Assembly (NCBI GenBank): GCA_951406725.2
Contig: OX597825.1
Coordinates: forward strand, 70,308,001 to 70,372,000
Length of the DNA stretch: 64,000 nucleotides
Reading direction: 5' to 3'
From: Octopus vulgaris
Lineage: Eukaryota
Shown here: positions 11,852-25,299 of the stretch, piece after piece
Layout of the letters: the number at the start of each line of letters is the position of its first letter
Position numbering within the stretch: the stretch's first letter is position 1
Translations under genes and position numbers: made by a program
The notes under the pieces: model-generated
Databases searched by the model: none
Told to the model about the DNA's origin: nothing
The model's input: the letters and a program-made list of their open reading frames with translations, nothing else

Positions 11852-11900
11852 TAGAATATATGGGCCTGATATGACCAGCTTAAATGTTAATGGTTTAAAA

Positions 11901-12226
11901 CAGGGGTCGGCGAACCGGGGTAAATTATCCCAGTGGAGTAAAAATGAAATTCTTGTAGGTAATGAGGTCTCATTAGACATAAGTAAAAATATATTTAAAA
12001 AAAACGTGTTCCTTGTTGCAACAGAAAATTTTCTTTTGGCAAGTTTGCATCTGCCCAATGTAATAGACGTGTAAATAGATTCACACAGATTCAATAATAT
12101 AGATTCAATACACTTTTTGAATTCAAAGAATCTACGATTTTCTTCCTTTTAAATCAAGAGAGTAACATCGACGTAAATAGATATGTATTTTGGGGTAACT
12201 TGTTAAAAAGTTCCTCGATTCCCGGC
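11901..12226. mobile_element. Decayed hAT-like MITE
   Basis: caggggtcggcgaac start; degenerate inverted end gttcctcgattcccg. Confidence 0.35.
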
Positions 12227-12496
12227 TTAAAGCTACAGAATCAGTTGAAGACTTATTAAGGTGTCGGAGATGAAAAGATTTCAGTGAATTTTATCCTCTA
12301 CTTGATCCCCCGCAAAGAGAAATGGTATTAAAACCATTGTACATAAGCCTTCGGTATTGGTGGAGCGTAAAGAATGAACCATGCTAGAATCAAACGAATC
12401 TATAAACCCAAATGTCCTTTCTGCTAGAGAATTGAAAAGACGTATCTTTTGATACTTAATTTATCGCAGGTAGTCATCAATAACTTAATTCAATAT

Positions 12497-12866
12497 GGAA
12501 GCGAGTTGGCAGAAACGTTAGCACGCCGAGCGAAATGCTTAGTGGTATTTCGTCTGCCGCTACGTTCTGAGTTCAAATTCCGCCGAGGTCGACTTTGCCT
12601 TTCATCCTTTCGGGCTCGATTAAATAAGTACCAGTTACGCACTGGGATCGTTACAATCGTCTTAATCCGTTTGTCTGTCCTTGTTTAACACCTCTATGTT
12701 TAGCCCCTTGTGGGTAGTAAAGAAATAGGTATTTCCTCTGTCGCTATGTTCTGAGTTCAAATTCCGCCGAGGTTGACTTTGCTTTCATCCTTTCGGAGTC
12801 GATAAATTAAGTATCAATTGCGTACTGGTGTTGATCTAATGGACTGGGCCACTCTTCCAAAATTTC
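12497..12866 (+). mobile_element. SINE family B, duplicated core
   Basis: Matches family consensus. Confidence 0.85.
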
Positions 12867-13971
12867 AGGTTATCCCATAAATAATGCGGTATTTTCCAAT
12901 TGCATGAACTAAAAGTCGGAGAGGGACGGCATAAACTACCTGCATTAATTTGCTATAAAAGCAGGTAGTAATTTTACCTTGTCCTTATTCTCAGTGCAAG
13001 TATATGGGGATCGGACAATAAGCGTAAGCCAGTGTCAACAGTGGTTCCAGAGATTCCTACCCGGAAATTACAGCCTGGAAGATGAGCCTCGTCTTGGAAG
13101 GTCTGTAGAGCTCGATGAGGACGTCCTGCAAACCCTAATGGAACAAAATCTCATCGTAAATGTTGAGGAACTAGCAGAGAAGCTTGGATGTTGTCATTCA
13201 ACCATTCATCGACACCTGCGTATTATCGGAAAAGTCAGCAAATTGGGTCAATGGGTTCCTCACAAACTTTCCAAGTCTAATCGCGCGCAGGGAGTGAATG
13301 TGTACTCTTCTTTACTGTCACGTTTCACGAATGAACCTTTTTTTGGACCGAATAGTGACTGGTGACGAGAAATGGGTTCTCTCTAAAAATGTTAAGCGCC
13401 GAAGAGAGCGGGTAGGGAAAGGAGAGACACCGGCACTCCAGTCTAAAGAAGGTCTTTACACATATAAGGTGTTGTTATATATTTGCTGTGATACGAAAGG
13501 TTTAGTCCGCTTTGAACTTTTAAACCCAAACCAAACGATAACAAAGGAGAGCTAATGGGAGCAGTTTGAGCGGCTTAAGTCAGCGAAAGAAAAACGACCA
13601 TTTTTGGTTTCAAGACAAAAGGTGTTCTTCCATCAGGATAATGCTCAACCACGTACAACAAGGATGACGGGAAACGATGCCCCACCAATCGTATTCGCCT
13701 GACATTGTCCCATCTGATTCACATCTGATTATCACTTATTCTTCAAAATCATTTGGACAGAAAATATATGAATTCTGTAGCTGAGGTCAGAACAGTATTG
13801 GAGGAGTATTTTTCATCACGGACAAGTGAATTTAGGAAGAGGGAGCCTTGCAAGTCTACCAGATGGAAGAGCATTGTAGAAAATGAAGGGGAGTATATTT
13901 TAGATTAAAAAAGAAATTTATCTTAATTTTGAAAAATAAAAGTACACAAAAACATCATTATTTATGGGATG

Positions 13972-13976
<5 letters not shown>
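12867..13976 (+). mobile_element. Mariner transposon, internally deleted, frameshifted transposase (~12979-13906)
   Basis: TIRs aggttatcccataaataatg / cattatttatgggatgaccct; motifs LEDEPRLGR, WVPHKL, TGDEKW, HQDNA, YSPDIVPSD. Confidence 0.9.
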
Positions 13977-14002
<26 letters not shown>

Positions 14003-14047
14003 TAGCTACTACACGCATTTTTTTCTCTCCTTGTTTTTTTCTGTGTA

Positions 14048-14085
14048 TCTTTCTGTCGAAGAGCGTAGGCTCGAAACGTAAAAGA
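14048..14085 (+). ncRNA. Hammerhead-like variant (CUGUCGA + extra A) within element 14001-14175
   Basis: tcttt-CTGTCGA-A-gagc-gtag-gctc-GAAA-cg-TA-aaaga. Confidence 0.6.
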
Positions 14086-14191
14086 CTTTTTCTATTCCTG
14101 AGCGCTATACGAATACATTTGTTTGTTTGTACTCCACCTGCCATCGTCTTTTGTTTTTTCGTAAACTTTCCCTTTATATATATATATATAT

Positions 14192-14440
14192 AATATACTT
14201 CATTAAAAAATTGCAAAAATATATCACAAAAACTGTTACTCAGAGTTTCACGTTCTCGTTCGTCGGACAGTTATGTTTAAACATTCTAACCATAAATGTC
14301 CGACGAACGGGTACGTGAAACTCTGAGTAACAGTTTTTGTGATATATTTTTGCTGCATTTTAATAATGCATATTACTCTACCTCGGGTATTCGAGTACTA
14401 TTTTTTCCACCTTGTTTTGCATTTATGTACTTACTCTGGT
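14192..14440. mobile_element. Fold-back element with two divergent minimal hammerheads (14231-14272 -, 14297-14332 +)
   Basis: Arms 14213-14269 / 14297-14353; aactgt-CCGACGA-acg-agaa-cgt-GAAA-ctctgag-TA-acagtt. Confidence 0.75.
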
Positions 14441-14459
14441 ATATATATATACATATATT

Positions 14460-14768
14460 ATCACCGTGATCACCGTGACCGACCAGGCCATCAGATGTTG
14501 CTACACATCGCTGGTCACAATGCGCTTCGCATTGTTTTAGCCTTCAAATGCCGCCACACCGCTGGCTGAGCGAGCAGGCCAACAGAAGAAAGAGGGAGAG
14601 AAAGTTGTGGCGAAAGAGTACAGCAGGGATCGCCAACACCTCCTGCCGGAGACTCGTAGAGTTTTAGGTGTTTTCGCTCAATAAACACCCACAACGCCTG
14701 GTCTGGGAATCGAAACCGCAATCCTGCGACCGCGAGTCCGTTGCCCTAACCACTGGGACATTGCGCCT

Positions 14769-14771
<3 letters not shown>
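14460..14771 (-). mobile_element. SINE family C (tRNA-derived head), tail X; tail-only copy at 3435-3557
   Basis: Head ggaggcgcaatg.cccagtggttaggg...ggtttcgattccc (A/B boxes). Confidence 0.8.
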
Positions 14772-14807
<36 letters not shown>

Positions 14808-14808
14808 C

Positions 14809-14869
<61 letters not shown>

Positions 14870-14992
14870 AATAAAATATATGCATATATATAAACATATA
14901 TGTACGTACCTATGTACATGTACATATACACGCATATATATATATATATATATAAAAAATTCTACAAAATTTTCCTTGCCACCCTATATTGA

Positions 14993-15035
<43 letters not shown>

Positions 15036-15047
15036 ATTTATATATAC

Positions 15048-15078
<31 letters not shown>

Positions 15079-15226
15079 TGTATGCAGGTATATGCCTTCC
15101 TGTCCAGAAAGAAAATGTAACTAGTCTAGACAGGTACAGCTGTGGTGGGAATCGCACAGAAATAGACACACAAATATAAAGACACGCGTACAAGCACACA
15201 CAGATGGAAACACACGCACACACACG

Positions 15227-15274
<48 letters not shown>

Positions 15275-15553
15275 CACACACACATACACACGTGTATTTA
15301 TGAGTAATCAATTAACTATTTTGCCTTGAAATTCTATTAATATTCCTCTGGCTACTACTTCGTTTGATTTGCTAGAAACAGCAACCAATCTACCCCAAAT
15401 TGCACCCAGTCCTCTTAGAAGTTGAAGGATAAGGTATATAATGAAGTGCTAATAACGGTGTGCTTGGAAATAGGTTGAAGTGATTGTGACTAAAATGCTC
15501 TTAGTGATTCAGCTGGACCTGGATCGACCAAAGGTTAAACAACAGTAACACAG

Positions 15554-16120
15554 TGGAGGCGCAAAGGCCCAGTGGTTAGGGCAGCGGACTCGCGGTCGTA
15601 AGAACGCGGTTTCGATTCCCAGACCGGGAATTGTGAGTGTTTATTGAGCAAAAACACCTAAGCTCCACGAAGCTCCGGCGGGGGAGTGTGGTGAACCCCG
15701 CTGTACTCCTTCACCACAACTTTCTCTCATTCTTTCTTCGTACTTCTTCCATAAAGCAGAGGAACCATGGCGTAACCCACTATTTTGTGGTAAACTCGTT
15801 CAGATCCTAGTCTAGATTGCGAATCCTCTATACCCCAGGATGGTTCAGCTCTCCACCCGTTAAAAGCCACCGTTTACGGAATGAGGATAGCAACGTAGCT
15901 TTCGCGCCCGTGCAACCGCCAGTCTATCGCATGTGGTGGGTGGATCTTCAAGTTGCCACACGCATTCTTAGTAGCTTAGAGTAGGCTCGAATTAGAGATT
16001 ATTCATTGTGGCTAATGGCGCGAGTCCTGATTTGAAGAAGAAGAAGAAGAAGAAGAAGAAGAAGAAGAAGAAGAAGAAGAAGAAGAAGAAGAAGAAGAAG
16101 AAGAAGAAGAAGAAGAAGAC
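15554..16120 (+). mobile_element. SINE family C head followed by an unidentified retroposon-like segment ending in (GAA)n
   Basis: Head 15554-15740; tcctgatttgaagaagaag tail. Confidence 0.5.
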
Positions 16121-16342
16121 AACAACAACAACAACAATAATAATGATTTTTTTCTAACTTTGGCACATGGCCAGCAATTTTAAGAGGAGAGGGGAGTGAA
16201 TTATATCGATCCCAGTGTTGAATAAGTACATTATTTTATCAACTCCGAAGGAATGGAGGGCAGAGTAGACCTCACCGGAATTTGAACTCAGAACAAGAAG
16301 ACGGACGAAATGCTGCTAAGCATTTTGCTCGGCGTGCTAACG

Positions 16343-16973
<631 letters not shown>

Positions 16974-17423
16974 TTTTGATTTTGGAATAAGGCCCACAGT
17001 TTTAAGAGCAGGGAGAAGTCGATTGCATCGACCCCAGTGCTACACTGGTACTTATTTTATCGACCCCGAAGGAATGAAAAGTAAAGTTGACCAAGCCGTA
17101 GTTGAACTCAAAACGTAGAACCGGAAGAAATGTAAATGCGCGAAGCATTTTGTACAGCGCCATATTGATTCTGCTAGCTTCTCGCCACTAAGAGCAATAA
17201 CGATGATAGCAACTTTATTTTCCTGTGACACCAACACCTTTTCCGGTTGCATCCACGTCATCTCCGTTACCCTCATTCCCATCAACTGCCAAACATGTAA
17301 GTCACATTAGACGTTGGTATTTAAAGTGTCAACTTTTTGTACAAGCCATAAAACAGCGATAGATTTGTTATGACAAATTTAGACTCAGATGGCGCCCAAG
17401 ATGCGAATATAATAATCATGTAT

Positions 17424-17656
17424 AAGGCGGGCGAGCTGGCAGAAACGTTAGCACGCCAGGCGAAATGCGTAGCCGTGTTTCATCTGCCGTTACGTTCTGA
17501 GTTCAAATTCCGCCGAGGTCGACTTTGCCTTTCATCCTTTCGGGGTCGATAAATTAAGTACCAGTTACGCACTGGGGTCGATATAATCGACTTAATCCCT
17601 TTGTCTGTCCTTGTTTGTCCCCTCTGTGTTTAGCCCCTTGTGAACAGTAAAGAAAT
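17424..17656 (+). mobile_element. SINE family B monomer
   Basis: Head, core, tail once; flanked by ataatcatgt repeats. Confidence 0.85.
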
Positions 17657-18770
17657 GTATAATAATCATGTTTTGCTCCGTTGTTCATCGGACCCATATC
17701 GCTGAGCCGTCATTCGCAAGCGAGTATGAACGTAGTAGTTTGTACTATGCTTTTGCTTTGCTAATTGTTTTATGTGCTTATGTACCGTATATCTTGGTGT
17801 ATAAGTCGACTGTATTTATAACACGACACCAGAATTCGGTTAAGATGCCCTTCTATGTGAGAGAAAGGACAAGTAAGATACGTAGTGAAGTTGAATAACA
17901 CAACGTCCTACATAAATAGAAGTGTGATCAAATACAAGCTGCGGAAGAAAACATAAAAATCAACGGAAAGAGCAAAGATGAAGAGTGAACACTGTTGAAG
18001 ACAACATGGCAATATTTCACTCTTGATGCAGTGGCTGGGAGGTATGTAAGCCAGAGTACGACGCCTCTGTAACTGTTGGAACATCGCCTTCATCGTATGT
18101 AACCAATTTCAGCTTGAAACTAGCTTCCCATTTCCTTCGTTGATCAGTTGGAGCCATGTTGGAGTTTTACGGTCACTAGAAATTAATGCTCACCCAAAGA
18201 AAGCGATATTGCTTATGATGGAGTGACAACTTGAGCCTTTTTAGGAAACCTTGTCCTTAAAAGATTTGAAGTACCGGGAACTATAAGGTTTATTGTGGTT
18301 GGTTAATCACAGAGGGTAAAACCTACAGCTTGCTGGTCACTGTATCTGTCTTAGCCCACAGTCATTAAAGAGTGAGATCGAATCGTGCCGAATGGCTCCC
18401 AATTTGGAGCTACTAAGGGCATGCAGGAAGAAAAGCCCTGCAGCGTCAAGGTTTGAGGGTGTGCCACTCTTCCTCTTCGGACACGAAGAATTTGCCATTA
18501 TGTGTTGTAGTAATGTACCAGATGTGAGAGCCGGACTGCATTGTGATATGGGATATCTGCGTGTGTAACAACAGTGTCTTGTCAGATATAGGAACAATGT
18601 TCCATTAAGGTTTAGGGTACCTGTATATGTAATAGAAGTATATACACCGATGCGAGAACAGTACCAGTGATGTACTTGGTTCAATTAGCTCCCTTCCCTT
18701 ATTATTGCTGGCCTTGTGTGTGCAGAGAGCAGGCAGAAGAATTATAACTGGAGAAAATGAGTTTTAATTC

Positions 18771-19194
18771 TTATTTCTTAATTGCCCACAAGGGGCTAAA
18801 CATAGAGGAGACAAACAAGGACAGACCAAGGGATTAAGTCGATTACATCGACCCCAGTGAGTAACTGGTATTTAATTTATCGACCCTGAAAGGATGAAAA
18901 GCAAAGTCGACCTCGGCGGAATTTGAACTCAGAAAGTAGCGGCAGATGAAATACCTATTTCTTTACTACCTACAAAGGGCTAAACACAGAGGGGACAAAC
19001 AAGGACAGACAAACGGATTATGTCGATGTAATCGACTTAATCCGTTTGTCTGTGCGTAACTGGTACTTATTTAATCGACCCCAAAAGGATGAAAGGCAAA
19101 GTCGACCTCGGCTGAATTTGAACTCAGAACGTAGTGGCAGACGAAATATCGCTGAGCATTTCGCCCGGCGTGCTAACGATTCTGCCAGCTCGCC
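18771..19194 (-). mobile_element. SINE family B dimer
   Basis: TSD-like aaaatgagttttaattct on both sides. Confidence 0.85.
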
Positions 19195-19393
19195 TAAAAA
19201 TGAGTTTTAATTCTACCAAGATCGACGTTGCCTTTCAATCTTTCGGGGTTGATGAAATAAAGTACCAGTCAAATAATGGGTCGATGCTATCGATTTATCC
19301 CTGCCCTCAAAATTGTTAGTCATGTGCCAAAATGAAAAAGAATTATATTTGTTGTCGTCGTCGTCGTCGTTGTTGTTGTTGTTGTCGTTGTCG

Positions 19394-19434
<41 letters not shown>

Positions 19435-19932
19435 GAAGCTGCTGCTACTGTCGTTATTCATCCAAACACACCTATGACTGAAAATATTGCAGCTATGAAC
19501 ATTCTGTCTTTTTAAAATGATCAAAGACTATAGATATCCGCTGTGTCCTTCCCTCCTGTTGGATTTGAAGGAAGTTTGTCTGTTATTTCTTGCACGTCGA
19601 ACGGCAAATAGAGTCTCTCTTCTTGTCCTGGAAAAACCTTCCGTTCAGATAAAGATCCTCAGTGATATCGTAACTAATACCATAATCCAACATCATACTA
19701 TACATAAACATTGAGTTATCGTTGAGAGTATTCAAAACTCAAACCAGTTATGGGCCTTCACCCGGTACGTTTAGCTTAGTTATTTCCCTTGTATCGATCT
19801 CGTATAAGTGTCTATTTTTTTTTTTTTTTTTACTAGGTCATCTTTCTCTAGCGTACACACACATATGTGTGTACGTGTGTGCATTACAAACATACTCTCA
19901 CTTCCATATATCTAACTATCTATTTATCAGTC

Positions 19933-19963
<31 letters not shown>

Positions 19964-20088
19964 TGTTGTTGTTGTTGTTGTGTGTGTGTGTGTGTGTGTG
20001 TGTGCATATATATACATATAGAGAAATGAATACGCGCTATACGTATGTATTTTACACACACACACACACAGAGAAACACGCACATCCC

Positions 20089-20124
<36 letters not shown>

Positions 20125-20373
20125 ATATATATGTATGTATGCATGTATGTATGTATGTATGTATGTATGTATGTATGTATGTATGTATGTATGCGTAAAG
20201 GTGCAGGCGTTGCTATGTGGTAAGACGCTTGCTTCCCAATACATGGTTCCAGGTTCACTCCCACTGCCTAGCACCTTGGGTAAATGTCTTCTGCTATAGC
20301 CTCGAGTCGACCTTGAGAGTGGATTTGGTAGAAAGAAGCTCCTCGTATAAATGTATACATGTATATACAAATG

Positions 20374-20870
<497 letters not shown>

Positions 20871-20890
20871 TAGATAGATAGATAGATAGG

Positions 20891-20935
<45 letters not shown>

Positions 20936-20937
<2 letters not shown>

Positions 20938-21172
20938 GTTTCTTTATTGGCCACACAGGGCTGCACACAGATGGGACAAGTTACAAGGTAGAGCTTTTCT
21001 TTTGGGGGATGAAAAAAACAAAAAAAAACAAAAGAAACAAAAAAAGGGGGTGGCGTAGGTTTTCGATCAAGAGAGATCGTAAAAGGGAAGAAAAGAACAA
21101 AAAAAGAAAAGAAAAGAAAAAAGAAAAAAGAAAAATAAAAAAAAAGAAAAGGAAAAGGGACAAAAGAAAAGA
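20936..21172 (-). mobile_element. LINE-like 3' UTR fragment inserted in (GATA)n
   Basis: Minus strand ends ttgtcccatctgtgtgcagccctgtgtggccaataaagaaa, similar to the SINE B tail. Confidence 0.55.
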
Positions 21173-21173
21173 G

Positions 21174-21254
<81 letters not shown>

Positions 21255-21548
21255 TATTAGATAGATAGATTAGATAGATACGTCTATATGGGTTAGCGGT
21301 TACACAACCATCTAAGGGATAACAAACAACACACACAAATCAGAAGACACTTCCCCCTACAGAGATCGAACGTGGCTTTAGGTAGTAACGAAGCGGATTT
21401 CTTAACCATCTACCCAAGCGTGTGTGTATTTACATGGCTACTGTAGAGGGCGCCACTTTATCTAGGCAGCAGGTAAAGATATATTGCTTTTTATGAGAAA
21501 AAAAAGCTGACAGTATCAACACATATTAATGTACCTTACTTGGTGTGC

Positions 21549-21598
<50 letters not shown>

Positions 21599-21926
21599 TG
21601 TGTTTGCGTGCATGGGTGTATGTGTATGTGCGTGTGAACATGCGAATATGCGTGTGCATATGTGAGTGCGTACTTGCGTGTGTGTATGTATGTGTAGAGT
21701 TTAGAAACTATTTCTCTCGTTCTGTTTCTCTCTCTCTCGCCGTTTTTCTTTCTCTCTCTTTCTTTCTCTCTCTCTCTTGCCCTCTCTCTTTCTTTCTCGC
21801 TCTCTCTCTCTTATCCACTCTCTCTTTCTCATTCACTTTGTACATACGCATATCTATATGTGTGTGTATGTGTGCGTATGCGAGTGTAGAGGGTTGAAAT
21901 TATCTGTCTGTCTGTTTATCTATCTG

Positions 21927-21984
<58 letters not shown>

Positions 21985-22461
21985 ACACACACACACACAC
22001 ACACACACACTTTGTACATAGACATATATGTGTATGTGTGTGTGTGTGAGTACTTGCATGTGTATGCATAGACGCGTGTGTGTGTGTGTCTGTGTGTGTG
22101 TGTACGTGTGTGTGTGAGTGCTTGTATGTGTATGCATAGACGTGTGGATGTGTGTGTGCGTGCGTACATGCGTGTGGATGTGTGTGTGCGTGCGTGTGTA
22201 CCTGGAGCCGATTGGCCAAATTGTTAGAGCAGGGGAAGCAAAATGGTAGTGTTTTAGAGAACGTTTTCGTTCGGTGTTCAAATACGTCCGGAGTCCACTT
22301 TAGTTTCCGTTCATCCGTGTTTTATAAAATATAGCAGCAATCCTTATTTTTTTTCCTTTTTCTTTCCTTTTTTTTTTTTTTTCAACTCCTAACCGATTTC
22401 ATAGAAGTTAGCTTCGCCATGGCACGAGGATTTCAAGCGCGTAACAAAACACTTTAAAGTA

Positions 22462-22681
22462 CAGTAATGCTTCACCATATCGCGGTTCACCTATCGCGGT
22501 TTATCTAAGCTTACGTCGATTCCTCCGTGGTGTTGATTTGCATTAATAATAAAATAAATATATACAAATTATAAGAATAATAAAAAAAAAAAATACAGTA
22601 CAGTATTGTTTCTACTTGGCGGCTCTTCACCTATCGCGGGGGAATCTGGAATGTAACACCCGCGATAGTCGTGGATCAGTG
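22462..22681. mobile_element. pogo/Tigger-like MITE
   Basis: TA-cagta start, repeated atcgcgg subterminal motifs, inverted ccgcgata..cagtg-TA end. Confidence 0.55.
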
Positions 22682-23240
22682 TAATTGTACATATATGATA
22701 CATATATGTTATATATGTATAATACATATATGTTACATATATAGTAATATAAATTATATATATAATATATAATATATATAATAAATTTCTTTTTTTTTTT
22801 CTAGCCATATTTCTCCCCACTATTCCTCGATTTCTCTCTCACGTACACACACATATTTGTGTATGTGTGTGCATTACAAACGTACTCTCACTTCCATATT
22901 ATTATTATCATATATATAATATATACTGATCTCAATCTTTGGCACAGGGCCAGCAATTTCGGGGTGGGGCTAAATTTATTACATCACCCTTAGAGCTCAA
23001 CCTGTATTTATCTTCCGACTCCGAAGAGAATGAAAGCAAAGTCGACCTGGGCGGAATTTGAACTCAGAACACAAAGACGGGCGAAATGTTGCTCAGCATT
23101 TTGTCCGATGGGATAACGACTCTGCCATTTCGCCGCCTTAAATGTATAAAACATATTGGTTTCAAATTTTGGCAGAGGGTCAGCAAGTTCGCATGAGCGG
23201 ATAAGTCCGTTATATCAACCCCAGTGCTCTGCCAGTTCAC

Positions 23241-23553
23241 CGCCTTCGCAGCTTGGTGTGTTCAGCTACCAGCCCAAGCTCCGCTGCTCGTTAGGGGTGA
23301 GAAAAGCAACCTGTCAAGATATCAGTCGCTCTTTGTCAGGTTTACGTTCGAGCCTGTGACAGTGGAGATCTCTGGCGTCCACAGAACCCGGACCATATCC
23401 CTGCTCACCGCTGTCGAGGCAGAGATTGCGATCCTCAAAGTGCAAGCCGCGCCAGAGTGGCTCTTCCAGCGCATCTCCCTCGCCATCCTCCGAGGGCAAC
23501 AACTTTTCCATTTTGTCTGCTGGGGGCTCTGCACACTGTGATAGTCAATAAAA
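23241..23553 (+). pseudogene. CRE-like (restriction-like endonuclease) non-LTR retrotransposon 3' fragment
   Basis: RYQSLFVRFTFEPVTVEISG...WLFQRISLAILRG followed by aataaa. Confidence 0.6.
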
Positions 23554-24037
23554 TATCTATTAAATTTTAAGATTTTCTTATTTCTGTGCGGCCCGATTTC
23601 AAATGATCAGCCCGGTGGTTGGGGCCGCCTGACATACAATACAAGTCAATTACTGGGACCCTATGAAATCGTCGACATTCCTTTTCCACCTTCATATTTA
23701 TAACCAGCCAACCATTTATTCTGTCGGAGTGAATGAAATTTAGGATGATGAATTGACAGTATAGTAAGTAAGTTGAGCTGAAGCATCGCGGTATTTTTTC
23801 CGGCTCTTTACGTTCTGAGTTCAAATCGGTTATGGTCTATTTGTGTTGTACATTTAATACGGTAACGCCCCTCAACCACCATCTGACACCTTGGGCACTT
23901 TCAGTGGAGTTCAGTCGTTTCACACAGCGAAGCCAAGTCTCTGGTTTGAGGATGATTTCCCCCTCCTTTCTCCTTCACCTCCCCCCTCTCTGCTCCCAAC
24001 AAGTTTCAAAACATGGACCTACTTAAGTACCTATCTG

Positions 24038-24083
<46 letters not shown>

Positions 24084-24399
24084 ACTCTATCTATCTCTGA
24101 CAGTGGCATTCTGCCCCACAGAAGTGCTAGTTCGGTATTCTGCACTCAAGCCATAACTGACAGGTCTACTTCGTTGGGCATCTGGACGAAGTCCTCCTTG
24201 AGTTTGTCTGGTTCCCAAAGCATCAAGTGCCGAAAATGAACTTTCTTATTTTCCATTTTAAAGGGTTACATAATTAACACAAGTTATAGGAACATAAACC
24301 TTCTTCCACGAAAAGATAGTTTAAACTGTGCTCTAAATGGAGGTGTAGTGAAATCCTATTTTATGGACTCAACCACGTTCTAAAATAAGTCGAAAGGTA

Positions 24400-24628
24400 A
24401 GCTACTATAAATTGGTACGAACTTTCCGGACAACACAATATTATAGATAACATATGCTCGAAATACGAGAGTTGAAAAACAGTCAACAACTGATGAAGGG
24501 TTGTTCTTTATGTTGTTTGTCTTGTTTTCCATTTGTGTCTTTCGTTGTTCGAAAAATAGTTCATATTCCATGTACTCGCACTTCGTATTTTTTGTTGTAC
24601 ACGTTTCATGACGTCCTGTGCCCACATA

Positions 24629-24633
<5 letters not shown>
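24400..24633 (+). mobile_element. Diverged short family ending cctgtRcccaYatRtgcat + (TA)n (also 27213-27470 +, 55285-55437 -)
   Basis: Shared acaaCTGAWGAaggg..ttcttt.tgttg..tgtc and common 3' terminus. Confidence 0.6.
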
Positions 24634-24660
<27 letters not shown>

Positions 24661-24662
<2 letters not shown>

Positions 24663-25299
24663 AATTAAGAAAATGGAGAAATACATTTAAATCAATTAAC
24701 AACTACCAGATAATACCCAATCACATAATTTATTAAACCACTACATATGAACATTAAGGTCAAACATATTAATATAGAACAAAACAGTGTATATGAAGGA
24801 GGGATATTTTTGTAAGTGTCTCATTTATAACTACATATTGACCTATCACACATGGCTAATATGAGCAAAATGAGACACCCATATCTGCATGGCCGAAACA
24901 GCTGTAAGATGTAGTTTATATTTATATTTATATTTATATTTTTATATTCTCTTATACATACTGTACTTATTGTACCATATTACTCCTTCATATACACTGT
25001 TTTGTTCTATATTAATATGTTTGACCTTAATGTTCATATGTAGTGGTTTAATAAATTATGTGATTGGGTATTATCTGGTAGTTGATAATTGATTTGGATG
25101 TATTTCTCCATTTTCTTATTTTGTATTATTAATTTGTGGTAAAACATTTTACCTTTGCCCATATAATACAGTAAATGAATTAATTGCATCGCAATTCTTA
25201 ACATTTATGTATTAACATTTATGTATTAACTAGCAGTATATTGGATATATGTTATCCCATGGAGGGTTGCATTTACAACCCCTATCTCAATTTGTAACT
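24661..25299 (+). mobile_element. Fold-back copy of the 6263-6758 element
   Basis: 24667-24802 is the inverted repeat of ~24983-25118; HHR half GAAA-cagctg-TA at 24895-24906; (TA)n flanks. Confidence 0.75.

Noticed and set aside
15554-15630. tRNA-like sequences (also 40316, 51197, 43410-43486)
   Set aside because: SINE heads continuing into SINE bodies; acceptor stems incomplete
17780-18700. Possible decayed pogo-like transposon
   Set aside because: Only a TIR-like start; no convincing transposase motif readable
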